From: Takakia lepidozioides
Taxonomy: Eukaryota > Plantae > Bryophyta
Assembly: GCA_030704615.1 (NCBI GenBank)
Contig: CM060731.1
Span: 79,112,001-79,176,000, forward strand
DNA length: 64,000 bases
Direction of reading: 5' to 3'
The notes below the pieces were generated by a model. That model saw only the letters and a program-made list of their open reading frames with translations, did not search any database and had not been told where the DNA came from. The translations under genes were made by a program, and so were the position numbers. Positions 37,629-49,939 of this stretch are shown here, piece by piece. The first letter of the stretch is position 1. Every line of letters begins with the position of its first letter.

Positions 37629-39584
37629 GGTGTGTCACATGGATGTTAATGGATCCCTTCAAATCTGAGGGAACAGGGATGAAAAAATTTCGTGACTGTT
37701 TATAATCCACAGAATGTTTAGTGTGATACCTTTCTGCAGTCAGTGAGAATCTTTCCAGGAATAGCACATCTCTCAATCTCACTATTATTTTGCAGTAAAT
37801 CACAAGTAATGCACTTCCTCTGCTCTTAGTGACCATGGTTCTTTCTGTCCAACCATACCAAAGGATGCCCAGAATATTTACTGATGATACCACATACTAC
37901 TAAAGGATACAAGTGTGACTAGAAGACTGTGCTTCGAAGTGAAGCGGGGAAGCAGAGTCATCTTGCCATTCCCTCTGACATGTCATCTAGATCTGCAATT
38001 TGTCCTTTTGTGTGAAATGTTCACAGTTTCAGTTTCATATATGAAAGCAGCTCACCACTAAGTTTCCACATAAAACTGTGCTTCAATGAATGCACATGTA
38101 CACACAAATGTACTTTTTGGGAACAAGAATTGTAAGGGCTGTGGTGTAGATGAGAAGTGCCTTTTGAAGATGAAGGTAAAGGTAAGGTTTGTCGATGGTG
38201 AAGCGGGGCACTGACAAACAGTGTGAATTGGGAGGATATCAAAGGGACTATGGCTACACCTTGCTTCATTTCGAAATAAGTGTATTTGCAAACCATCAAA
38301 ATTATCTTCTTCTCTGATGTAGTAATCTTGTGCTTTGTTAGTAAACATATGGCATAGAATTGTCAGAAGCGCAATGCCACGATGTGTGGATTGTGAGAGA
38401 TGAGGAGAGCAGCTTACTTTTATGACCAGCAAATGCTTTTTCTTCCTGCAGCTTTCCCTAGTATCACCCAATGCTAGAGGCACAAGAACATGAGAAAATG
38501 AATCCAATCATCCAACAGACAATAATCAAGCAGTGGATCTGGGGCAGTACTAAACATGACAAGAAGGCCACAAAATGGTATACTGATAAATATGATGATG
38601 TACATATGACTGTGGGAGCAAACTCTGAACTCACAATTCAGAGATGAGAGGAGACACCCACATCCAAGTTAAAGAAGGGCTTTCAAAATTGAAAACAAGA
38701 GTGTCAATCAGGACACAACTTCAACACCTGTGGAAGAGGAAAACATTGAAAAAAGAATGGACACCAAAAACAAAGTTCTCTCCTAACTGAGAGAGTCATA
38801 ATAGACTAGAGAAATCAACGATATCCTGTTCATCAGTTCCCAACAAAGGGTGCAGACATGCAGGGTTTCTGTGGAAAAGTAAGAAGACTTAAGCCAAGAC
38901 ATAGTTTAAGCATTCAAACCATAGAAATCTCCAGACTCAACACAGGAGAGGGAGAGCAATCACCTAAACACCATATTGAGAATGTAGCACAAATGTATGA
39001 TAGGGATAACATAGACAAAGCAGAAGTCACAAAGGCACAGAACTGGGCAAGAAATCTGGGGATAGTAAATGATCCACACGCACCTGCCTCTTCCCTGGTT
39101 GTAGAACATGCAAAGACCACCCCCTGCACAGAACACCCGCCCGGCGCCTGGCAGAGCAGGAAATGTAAGAATTTTACAATCTCTATCGACAGGAGTGTAC
39201 AATAACAGACACTTGTCACATCTGTGCGGCAAGATTAGGCGTTAAAGCAGCAGTGCAGGCATCCATATTTTGTTTTCTAGCATGGTGTAGATTACCCTGT
39301 ACGTACAGCAGTTACTGCCTATGACCAGATTGCTGCTGGTAATCTGGGAGCAATTGTTAAGTTTTCACCTTCCACTGGGTAGACCCTACCATTGTGCTCT
39401 TGAAGGAATGACATTCCGTGAGAGGACACCCCCAACAGTTTGTTGGCCCTCGCAAGGTTGTTTCCTTGCTTAATATCATCTCAAGGCTCCGTCCTCCCAA
39501 CATTCTGAGGGGACGTGAATGAGTCAAGCTGCACAAATTTAATGAATGAAGTAAGACACCCACACCTTACACGGAAATATCGTT

Positions 39585-39863
39585 TCACCAGTACTCCCAC
39601 AAGAACAACCCCATCTTCAAAGTGGTGAAAGCGGTTAGCATCCCGTACAACAACTTCTTGCCCAACAATCTTCGAGATGAACTTGACAGCTGTGTGGCAG
39701 TTGCCACACACCCAAAGGTTCTTGATGACAAGGATAGGCATCCCAGGGGGCAAGCTGATGAGCCCAAAGCAATGGGAAGCTTCTCACTGTGGGGGCAAAG
39801 AGAAATTTCCCTTTGCTCTTCCTCCGCATCATACAATACAAAGCGCATGTCAGGCACATAGCC
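39585..39863 (-). pseudogene. Frameshifted DYW deaminase domain downstream of the second PPR ORF
   Basis: Read across frames: [22 protein letters not shown] / ..[39 protein letters not shown] / ..EYW*. HxE and CxxC Zn ligands are recognisable but out of frame with the PPR ORF. Confidence 0.88.
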
Positions 39864-42800
39864 TCAGCTCAGCTCAGCATGAATGTCCGCAATTTGTGGA
39901 TGCAATCTATCATCTACCATGAATATGTGCATCCCATTGCCAACTGCAATGCAGCTCCAACCTGGCTCCTTCCTGACACCTCTGATCTTCATCATTTTTC
40001 TCACCTTTGCAGTATCGTCCCACCTGCCAGCTGCAGCATAGATGTTTGATAGCAACACATAAGTTGCAGCATCCTGTTGATCCCACTTTAGAATAGATTT
40101 TGCTGCACGTTCTGCCATCTCCACATTGCCATGAGTTCTGCAGGCACCAAGCAAGGCTTTCCACACCCCAGAATCCAACTTCATTGGCATTCGGTTTATG
40201 AAGTTCTCTGCCTCATCCAATTGCCCAGCACGACCAAGAAGGTCCACCATGCATCCAATGTGCTCCACAGTAGGAGTGAGGCCATGATCTTGCCTGAGAG
40301 AATCGAAGTAGTGTCTGCCTTCCTCCACTAGGCCCCCATGGCTACATGCAGAGAGAACACATATAAAGGTGATAGCATTCGGCTGGAAGCCTTCCATTTG
40401 CATTTTTTCAAATAGTTGCAGGGCATCCCTATGACCACCATGTTGGGAACACCCTGCTATCATTGCATTCCATGACACCACATTTCGTTCCGTCATGTTG
40501 TCAAAAACTACCGTCGCATCCTTGATGCTCCCACATTTGGCATACATGTCGATAAGGGTATTGTTTAGAATGATATTGGGTACCACTCCAGCTTTCATGA
40601 TGTCCATGTGGACAGCTTTGCCCTTCACTAGGGCTGCTAGGATGGCACATGCATTGCAAACAGAAACGAAAGTGACCTGGTCGGGCTCCACCCCTCCCTG
40701 CTTCATTTGCTCATAGGTATCCAAGGCCTTAACCCCGCACCCATGCTGGGCATATCCTGCTATCATGGCATTCCATGACACCACATTGCGTTCAGCCATA
40801 TCATTGAACACTCCTTTTGCATCCTCAATACTACCACATTTAGCATACATGTCCAAAAGGGCATTGTCCAAAATGGTATCTGGTATAATTCCAGCTTTCA
40901 TGATGTCTATATGGATCTCTTTGCCCTTTTCCAGGGCTGCCAGGTTGGCACATGCATTGCAGACACAAACAAATGTGACCTGGTCTGGCTTCACTCCTGC
41001 TTCAGTCATTTGCTCAAAGGTCTCCAACGCCTCCATCCCATACTCATGCCGGGCATATCCTGCAATCATTGCATTCCATGAGACCACATTTCGTTCAGCC
41101 ATACTGTCAAACACTTCCTTTGCATCCTTGATGCTCCCACATTTGGCATACATATCAATGAGTGTAGTGTTCAAGATGATATTCGGCACAATTCCCACTT
41201 TCAAGATGTCAGCATGGACCTCTTTGCCCTTTTCCAGGGCGGCCAGGCCCGCACATGCAACGCAAACACAAACGAATGTGACCCGGTCGGGCTTCACCCC
41301 TTCCTGCATCATTTGCTCATAGGTCTCCACTGCCTCCATTCCATACCCAGCTTGGGCATATCCTGCTATCATCCCATTCCATGACACCACATTTCGTTCA
41401 GTCATAGTGTCAAACACTCCCTGTGCATCCTCGATGCTCCCGCATTTGGCATACATGTCCACAAGGGTATTGTCCAGAATGATATCTGGTATAATTCCAG
41501 CTTTCACGATGTCAGCATGCACCTTTTTTCCCTTTTTCAAATCTGCCAGGCTGCCACATGCATTGCAGACACAAACAAATGTGATCTGGTCGGGCTTGAC
41601 CCCTTCCCACCTCATTTCCTGATAGGTTTCCAGAGCCTTCATCCCCCACCCATGCTGAGCATATCCTGAAATCATTGTATTCCATGAAACTACATTTCGT
41701 TCGGCCATATTGTCAAACACTCCCTTTGCATCCTTAATGCTCCCACATTTGGCATACATGTCAACGAGGGCGGTGTCCAAGATGATATTTGGCACAATTC
41801 CACTTTTCATGAGGTCAGCATGGATGCCTTTGCCCTTTTCTAGGGCTGCCAGGCTGGCACACGCCTTGAGAACGCAGATGAACGTGACCTGGTCAGGTGT
41901 CACCCCTTCCCACATCATTTGCCCATAGGTCTTCAAAGCCTCTGCCCCATACCCATGCTGGGTATATCCTGTGATCATTGCATTCCATGAGACCACATTT
42001 CGTTCAGACATATTGTCGAACACCCGCTTCGCATCAACTATGCTCCCACATTTGGCATACATGTCCACAAGGGTAGTATTCAAGATGATAGTTGGCATAA
42101 TTCCAGCTTTCATGATGGCAGCATGGACCTCTTTGCCCTTTTTCAGCGCTGCCAGACTGGCACATGCCTTGAGCACACAAATGAATGTAACCTGGTCCGG
42201 TGTTACCCCTTCCTGCATCATTTGCTCATAGGTCTTGAAGGCTTCCCCACGATATCCCTGCTTTGCATATCCTGCTATCATTGTATTCCACGTAATCAAA
42301 CTTCGTTCAGGCATTTTGTCAAACACTAGGCGTGCATCCACAATGCTCCCGCACTTGCCATGCATGTTGACCAAGGCGTTTTGTACAAAGATGTCTGGCT
42401 TGAATCCAGTTCGGATAATGTGGGCATGCACCTGCTTTCCCTCTGCTAGGCTTTTCGTCTTGATGCACTCCTGCAGGAGACAGACATAAGTTTTGGAGTC
42501 TGCCGAAATGCCTCCTTGGTCCAAAATCTGCAACGCCTCTTCCAATTGTCCTGCCTTACATAGTGTCCTCAGATTCCCACATCTTTCATAAGTGATCCTC
42601 ATGGTGGGGGTGCTGGATTCACAGAACTGTGCTGCCACTGCTTTCAATTGACCATCAACCCGCAGCAGCTTCTTGTAGCCATTAATCCAGAGCCCCTTGT
42701 TGGTACTCTTGAGCTTGAGACATGGGTGTCTAGGATTGATCTTTCTGCTTCGATTGTCCCACCATTGGTTAGAAAAATATTCATTCCAAAGCTTCTCCCC

Positions 42801-43505
42801 ATCCCTATTTTCAAAGTTTGGATATCTGGCAGTAGCTGCATCCAGCTTCTCCAATTCAGCATCTACCTCAAGAGGTTTCACATAGCTATCAATCCGTAGC
42901 CCCTCGTTCTTACTCTTGTGCTTCAAATCTGGTCCTCTACAATGGATGTCTCTGCCTCGATTGTCCCACCAGTGACTTTGGTTTAAAAAATATCCTTTCC
43001 AAAGCTTCTCCTCATCAGTATTGTCAATTTTGAGATATTTGGCACTAGCTGCATCCAGTTTCTCCAATTCGCCATCCACCCACGCACGTTTCTTGCGGCT
43101 ATCAAACCATAATCCCTCATTGGTATTCTTGTGCTTGAAATCTGGTCCTCTAGAATGGATCTTTCTCCCTTGATTGTCCCACCATAGACTGGGATCTGAA
43201 AAAAAATCGTTCGAAAGCTTCTTCACGTCTGTATTTTGGGTTTCTTGATATTTGTGTATGTGGCATCCTTGCTCATCCCCCTGCCCATGAACTTGGTCCT
43301 CTTCTATTGGTTTCCACTGCCTCGGAATCGGCTTGAAACTGTTTGCAGCAGATCTAAATACAAGGCGGTTAGGAAAATGCACAAGGGTTCCATACAGAGA
43401 GCATAGACCACACCTTTTTGAAGCTCTGAGAACAGTGCACCTCGATGTGTCACGGGAACATGCGGCGGCCTCCACGCGTGCCATGCTTAATGTACTCGTT
43501 GCCAT
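39864..43505 (-). CDS. PLS-class PPR protein (1213 aa): 3 N-terminal OSB-type PDF motifs, PLS array, E1/E2 and truncated DYW (E+-like)
   Basis: Single open ORF. Transit-peptide-like start, three WWDN..K..PDF/LKHK-type repeats, 6 P1 motifs in ~101-aa PLS triplets, P2L2S2, E motifs and a KEPGWSCI PG-box, then a stop after HPQIADIHAELS. Confidence 0.9.
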   Translation of the reverse strand: MATSTLSMARVEAAACSRDTSRCTVLRASKRCGLCSLYGTLVHFPNRLVFRSAANSFKPIPRQWKPIEEDQVHGQGDEQGCHIHKYQETQNTDVKKLSNDFFSDPSLWWDNQGRKIHSRGPDFKHKNTNEGLWFDSRKKRAWVDGELEKLDAASAKYLKIDNTDEEKLWKGYFLNQSHWWDNRGRDIHCRGPDLKHKSKNEGLRIDSYVKPLEVDAELEKLDAATARYPNFENRDGEKLWNEYFSNQWWDNRSRKINPRHPCLKLKSTNKGLWINGYKKLLRVDGQLKAVAAQFCESSTPTMRITYERCGNLRTLCKAGQLEEALQILDQGGISADSKTYVCLLQECIKTKSLAEGKQVHAHIIRTGFKPDIFVQNALVNMHGKCGSIVDARLVFDKMPERSLITWNTMIAGYAKQGYRGEAFKTYEQMMQEGVTPDQVTFICVLKACASLAALKKGKEVHAAIMKAGIMPTIILNTTLVDMYAKCGSIVDAKRVFDNMSERNVVSWNAMITGYTQHGYGAEALKTYGQMMWEGVTPDQVTFICVLKACASLAALEKGKGIHADLMKSGIVPNIILDTALVDMYAKCGSIKDAKGVFDNMAERNVVSWNTMISGYAQHGWGMKALETYQEMRWEGVKPDQITFVCVCNACGSLADLKKGKKVHADIVKAGIIPDIILDNTLVDMYAKCGSIEDAQGVFDTMTERNVVSWNGMIAGYAQAGYGMEAVETYEQMMQEGVKPDRVTFVCVCVACAGLAALEKGKEVHADILKVGIVPNIILNTTLIDMYAKCGSIKDAKEVFDSMAERNVVSWNAMIAGYARHEYGMEALETFEQMTEAGVKPDQVTFVCVCNACANLAALEKGKEIHIDIMKAGIIPDTILDNALLDMYAKCGSIEDAKGVFNDMAERNVVSWNAMIAGYAQHGCGVKALDTYEQMKQGGVEPDQVTFVSVCNACAILAALVKGKAVHMDIMKAGVVPNIILNNTLIDMYAKCGSIKDATVVFDNMTERNVVSWNAMIAGCSQHGGHRDALQLFEKMQMEGFQPNAITFICVLSACSHGGLVEEGRHYFDSLRQDHGLTPTVEHIGCMVDLLGRAGQLDEAENFINRMPMKLDSGVWKALLGACRTHGNVEMAERAAKSILKWDQQDAATYVLLSNIYAAAGRWDDTAKVRKMMKIRGVRKEPGWSCIAVGNGMHIFMVDDRLHPQIADIHAELS

Positions 43506-45703
43506 GTCTGCTCTTTCTCGAAATCTTGCAAGCCCATCTGCTCCATCTCGAACTGTTGCAACCTGCGGTGCTGCCTTCCACTGTGTAGGTTTGAAGCCGA
43601 GCCTGGTTAAGTCAGATCAAAAACTGGTTGCTCTCCACTGTTGCTCATACACTGAACGGGGCCCCCCACTCCGTTCCCTTCAATTCACCAACACTCCATC
43701 TCTCACCGATAACAACATTTATTACCCCGGAGTCCTTCGAGTGAGTCCTTCGAGTCTTCAAAGTGAACCTGTGAGGATTTTGTCCAGCTTACAGAAAGTA
43801 CGACAGCATTATACGCTAAACCCGAAACCCTAGTCTCGTAGACGAGAATTGGAGGACTTTTGATCGGGAGAAAGTAGCGGCCATTGAGAAGTGGGTGCAT
43901 CACAATTATCTGCTCATCGCCGTCATTGTCACGGGCTCTCAGTTGTTAATTCTTGGAGTTGTCATGAATAACTCCAATCAGAATTCACATGCGTTTCGAC
44001 TTTGGTGGATAATTTTACTTTGGGATGTTTTTAGATTTTGGCGGAGTTAAGGTCACTCTCTCAAACAGGACGAGGTGGGGTTTAAAAGAGCCATGAGAAT
44101 TCTATAGAATGGCTCAGTTGTATCTGCGTGAGGGCATAGCATCGCACCAATATCTGTATGACCAACATTTTGCTGACAATCTATGTATCATCTGCTCACA
44201 ACACCAGTGAAGGAGCTAACTAGGCCTGCAAAGGACAAAAAAATCTGGCTAAGAGAGATCTTGATACTGGATTCGAAGGATAGCTCAGATGGTCAAGCTG
44301 GTTGAATGTGGCATAAGGCCTTATGAGATGGGTTATGACAGGCTCGCTCAGATTTTTTTATGAGCCAGTTCAGATTGCCGATTCAAGCTCGACCTTCACA
44401 CACCCCAGATTCGGTGGATTTTGTGCTGTCAATGCCGGAGATATCAAACCTTTTCTTGCACAGGTAATGTGTTTTCTTTTGTCCTAAGTTGCTCGATCTA
44501 CCACAGGTTGAAGAGTGAAAATGTGGTCGAGAGTGGATCTGCCCTGTGGCGCGAAGCTGAGATGTTTCAGCCCAATCATCGAGTTCCATGGCCACGACTG
44601 CCCTTACGCCATTCTTGAAGATGGAGTGGATGATGCTTTTTGTCCACTCCGTTAGAAAAAATTGCGAACTGGGAGAGATATGGACATAGCTCTTCCATCG
44701 CTCCAGTCGAGGCCTCATAGTGAATTTATCAAGCACGCGACAGCAGCCGCATTTAGAGCACATCTCTCCAACTGCGTGGCTTTGACCGCTTTGCCGACAT
44801 TGAACGCTCTTATGAAGAAGAGGTATGGACGTTAGGGGAAGAGGAGATTGGTTTGGAGTGCGAGGCGGTGACTGAGCACAATCATGCCAATGGAAATGTC
44901 TGTGATGCGGATCAGGTATTTGTGAGGCATAAGAAGGGACAAAAAGGAAAAGGAAGGGAGGGAAAAGAAACTAACTCAGTGATAAGATCTGACCCAAGAA
45001 TGAGTTGAGTGAACTGTGTTCTGGCAGCCCATGATTTACTTGGGAGCAAATGATTTTGTTCCCGCTGGTTTGAATCAGTAAGCATTTAAACAATGTTGCA
45101 CTGTCTCGATCAATGATTTCAAGTGAACAGACAAAATCTAGCACACTGTCAAATATCAAGCTTGTCGAAAGAGTGCACTTGCAGGTTGAGCAGCCCCATG
45201 ATTTTATATCCTGATAACTTTACAATGACACATAGCTGAAATCTCCCCTTCAGGCCTTGCACGAGAGCTTCTGCAATATCCTTTTGAAAGGGGTCCAAGT
45301 TATAACGTAACATTATGCAGCCATAATCCTCATACCATACACCTCCCCAAGGTGGAGAGAAAGGGTGGCAACCTAAAACCCGAGATGTTTGTCTCCCAGG
45401 TTCACCTCTTCAAATCACCACATGGACTAACTGATTGCAATGGATCTGTCTTTTCACAAAATAGGCGCTCTCCTTTCACCGACAACATGTGCAAACCAGA
45501 AGATGACACTGCAGCTCGCAACCCCGGAGGCCCAAGGGTCCTCTTCAGATTCCTCAGATTCCTGACACCTTCCCACCTTAAAGCATGTTTCAATAGGTTA
45601 TCAGAACTCTTTTGCCAATAAGAAGCCTCTGGAAGCCTGTATCTTCACGGCAATCCAGCAGACACATATTAGGTTGGTCAATGTACCACAACTCCATTCA
45701 CTG

Positions 45704-46477
45704 TTATTTCTTTGCTTTGGAAAACCGAAGGCACCGATACTTCTCACCGCTGACAGTGATCTCCAAGGCCCCATCCTGGTTGTCCAAAGTCGAAGCAGTC
45801 CCCATGAGCACACTCTTCTCCTTTTCCAAGTTCTCTCTCTCTAATTTTAGCCTCGCCTCTTGCTTCGCAATCTCAGCCTGTATAAAAAAGACTCGTTATG
45901 CTCCAAGTAAATAACAGAGTCTGTCAAATATTCAAACTCTACTTGACCACAGGAAGTATGCTTCAATCTTTCCAAACTTACCGAGAGATTGACATTGTGG
46001 GCAGAAAACGGAGGAGAGACCCACCTCCTGGCAATCTTGGGCTTTCCATAGGTTTACGCATACACAAAGGTGACACAGACAGAGAATGATGTACCCATGA
46101 ACCCAAAGCATTTGTGAACTATCACCTATCAACGGTCAAAGACTATTTGGAAAATGTCAATGAAATCAGAGCTGTTGGGTATATATATGTATATATCGAA
46201 ATACAAGCTGGAAGGAAAAAATTTCAAGCAAACTCTGTTTCTCAATACAATCTTTCCATGCACTCAGTTCAGGTTGAATTTGTTTGTAAGGATTCACCTC
46301 TCTCCGTCCAAGCTCTGCCTTCCAAGCAGACTCTCTCTCAGCCACTTCCCGTTCCCTCTCCTCCAAGTAGCTGTTCATCTCCCTTTCCTTCATAAGGCGA
46401 TCCTGGATGTCGGCGTCCAATGCTGCCTTCAAATCCCTCACAAAATTCTCCACTACTGCCTTTATTCGCAGCGACAT
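45704..46477 (-). CDS. Conserved small land-plant coiled-coil protein (117 aa, 2 coding exons), function unknown
   Basis: Exons 46298-46477 and 45704-45877 (GT-AG, phase 0) give MSLRIKAVVENFVRDLKAALDADIQDRLMKEREM..RRE/AEIAKQEARLKLERENLEKEKSVLMGTAS..DGALEITVSGEKYRCLRFSKAKK, which I recognise as a highly conserved plant protein. 5' UTR exons probably lie near 47.2-47.6 kb. Confidence 0.85.
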
Positions 46478-47847
46478 CTTGCAAAGAAACCCTGACCAAG
46501 TCGATGTGCCCACCTCCTACGCAAGCGATGCGAGAAGGATGCCTCCCACTTCAAAGCAATTTGGAGGTTCCATGAAACTGATTTGTTGCTCTACCATGCC
46601 ATCAGGAACACTGTCATTCACAAACAACAGAGAACGCTTCATTAAGATACAATCAAGGAACACTTGAAGGCGATAAAAACTCAGGTTGGATCAGGTGTTG
46701 GAAACAAGATAGTGCATAACTGTGTTATGCATGAAGGTAAGAGGTCTCCTGGTGATCACTCAGATACCCAGAAACTTCACTCTAGAATGGGACTCACTGT
46801 GGCAACCACAACCACATGTGCCACCTCTGTTTCAAACCTAGAGGGGTAGAGAAGCAGCGCTGCAAGCCAGCTCACATTTGTTAATATGAACCATGTGAAC
46901 TATTGCCTAAAGGGTATGCCATTCAATGAATATAGACAGACATGGGCGTGGCCTCTAGCAAAAAGCCCTCCAAAAACCTGATTCAGATATTCAATTGTAC
47001 AACCGTTGTGAAAGCAAATATAGCATTCTGCGCTGCCACAACCACTACATATGGCAGACAAGATTTCTCGAAGCATCCACGTCTCGTTGACGTCAGGTTT
47101 GGTGCGTTTCGAATACAACCCATGAGTACAATTCTGAACAGAACCCACACGCAGTAAATTTTGCCGGCAGGGAAAAGGTAACGATTACTGAGTTACTTAC
47201 GTGCCTTAGCGGCTGATTCTTGCGTCTTTGTTTGCAAGAGGACACCGTTACCTTTGCCCCTCATGTAGCTGCTATCAGGGGGAGAGAGAAAGAAACATAG
47301 TGTCCAGTTGTAAAAAAGGCGCCTTTTCTCTGCTGATAACCTCCTGCTTGGCACATGAAAGAAGAAAGAGTCATAAGAGGGAATCATTCGACCGCTATTG
47401 CTGTGACTTTGCAACATTCTTCCGTATCAGAAAAGAAAAAAACAGGGACGGGACAGATAACCGTGGACGGAGAGAGAATGTACTCATACGACGTTGTTTG
47501 CCGTTGTGCAGAGTTGTGGAGAGAGAGACCGCTCTTACCCAAATCACGGCCTTCAAATTTCACAGGCATGTCCATCCTCGACTCCTGAAACAAAAATCCA
47601 TGCTGCTCGATCCAGCAGTCAAATTCAAAATTGTCCTGTTCAAACGGTTCTGCAGAGTCCAGGAAGGAGATACATGTGAGGAGACAAGACGGGAAAAGCA
47701 AAGGACCCTCAATACGCTAGACACCACACGTTTGTTTCGTCCGTCACCTTGGCCATCCCCGTCGACGGAAAGCTTCCGTCGCCGTCGCCTCTCTCGTGGG
47801 TCTTGTAGGGAGCGGAAGGAAGGAGAGGTCCTTTGGCAAGCGGAGCG

Positions 47848-49184
<1,337 letters not shown>

Positions 49185-49939
49185 ATTTTGTGAGTCCCCG
49201 ACCGGACAGGTGTCACAGGTCCTTCAGCTTATTGTCCTCTTGATAGACTGTGCACTGTCCCATCTGGAAGTTATCAATACAATCAATTTTGCAATCTCGC
49301 TGCATCTGGGGCATTGCTTGCCCAAGTCTGGGATTTTGGTTCCGGCCACGTAATGCAATTAATGCATTGAGTGTGTTTGACATTTAGTCGTGAAGAAGTT
49401 GGGTGGGTGGCGCACAACCTGCAGTAGATTGGCAATATATAGAAATTGAGTCCCAAAATGCAGCCAATGTTGGCTTAACTCATGCTCTGCTTCACTTCAG
49501 GCATCATCTGCAGACAAACTGGCCTGCACAGACATGGGAAGTTTTCCTAGAGAACTTTGTGGCAGAGTACTCTGGCATCTTGGCCTGAAGTAATCAAATT
49601 AACAGCTGTGGGATTCCCAGAAACTCTGTTCCTCTCCCTATGTATGCTGCTACAACTTCTCCCTACCTTAGACCAGTTAAACATCAATCACAATGCAAGT
49701 TTGTTTGCTGGGTTGTCCCTTCTGTGGCTCGAGTCCCACGAGTCAAATTAAACTGTTGATTCCCTTCTGTTCAACCGTACATATCTCACCTACACAAATG
49801 CAGACCATAAAAAATTGCACAAGACCTCAGCTCCTCCCACTCTCAATTCTTCCCACTACGCACACTTGCAGAGAGAGAAAAAAGAAAAAAAAAACTGGTG
49901 CAGATCCGGGAGCTCCAAGGCCTGCTAGGCTTTGTGGGT

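Noticed and set aside
38600-39205. A-rich stretch with ORF 38858-39205, possibly a LINE 3' remnant
   Set aside because: No diagnostic RT or zinc-knuckle motif recognised.
40131-42489. Series of repetitive plus-strand ORFs
   Set aside because: Antisense shadows of the minus-strand PPR array.
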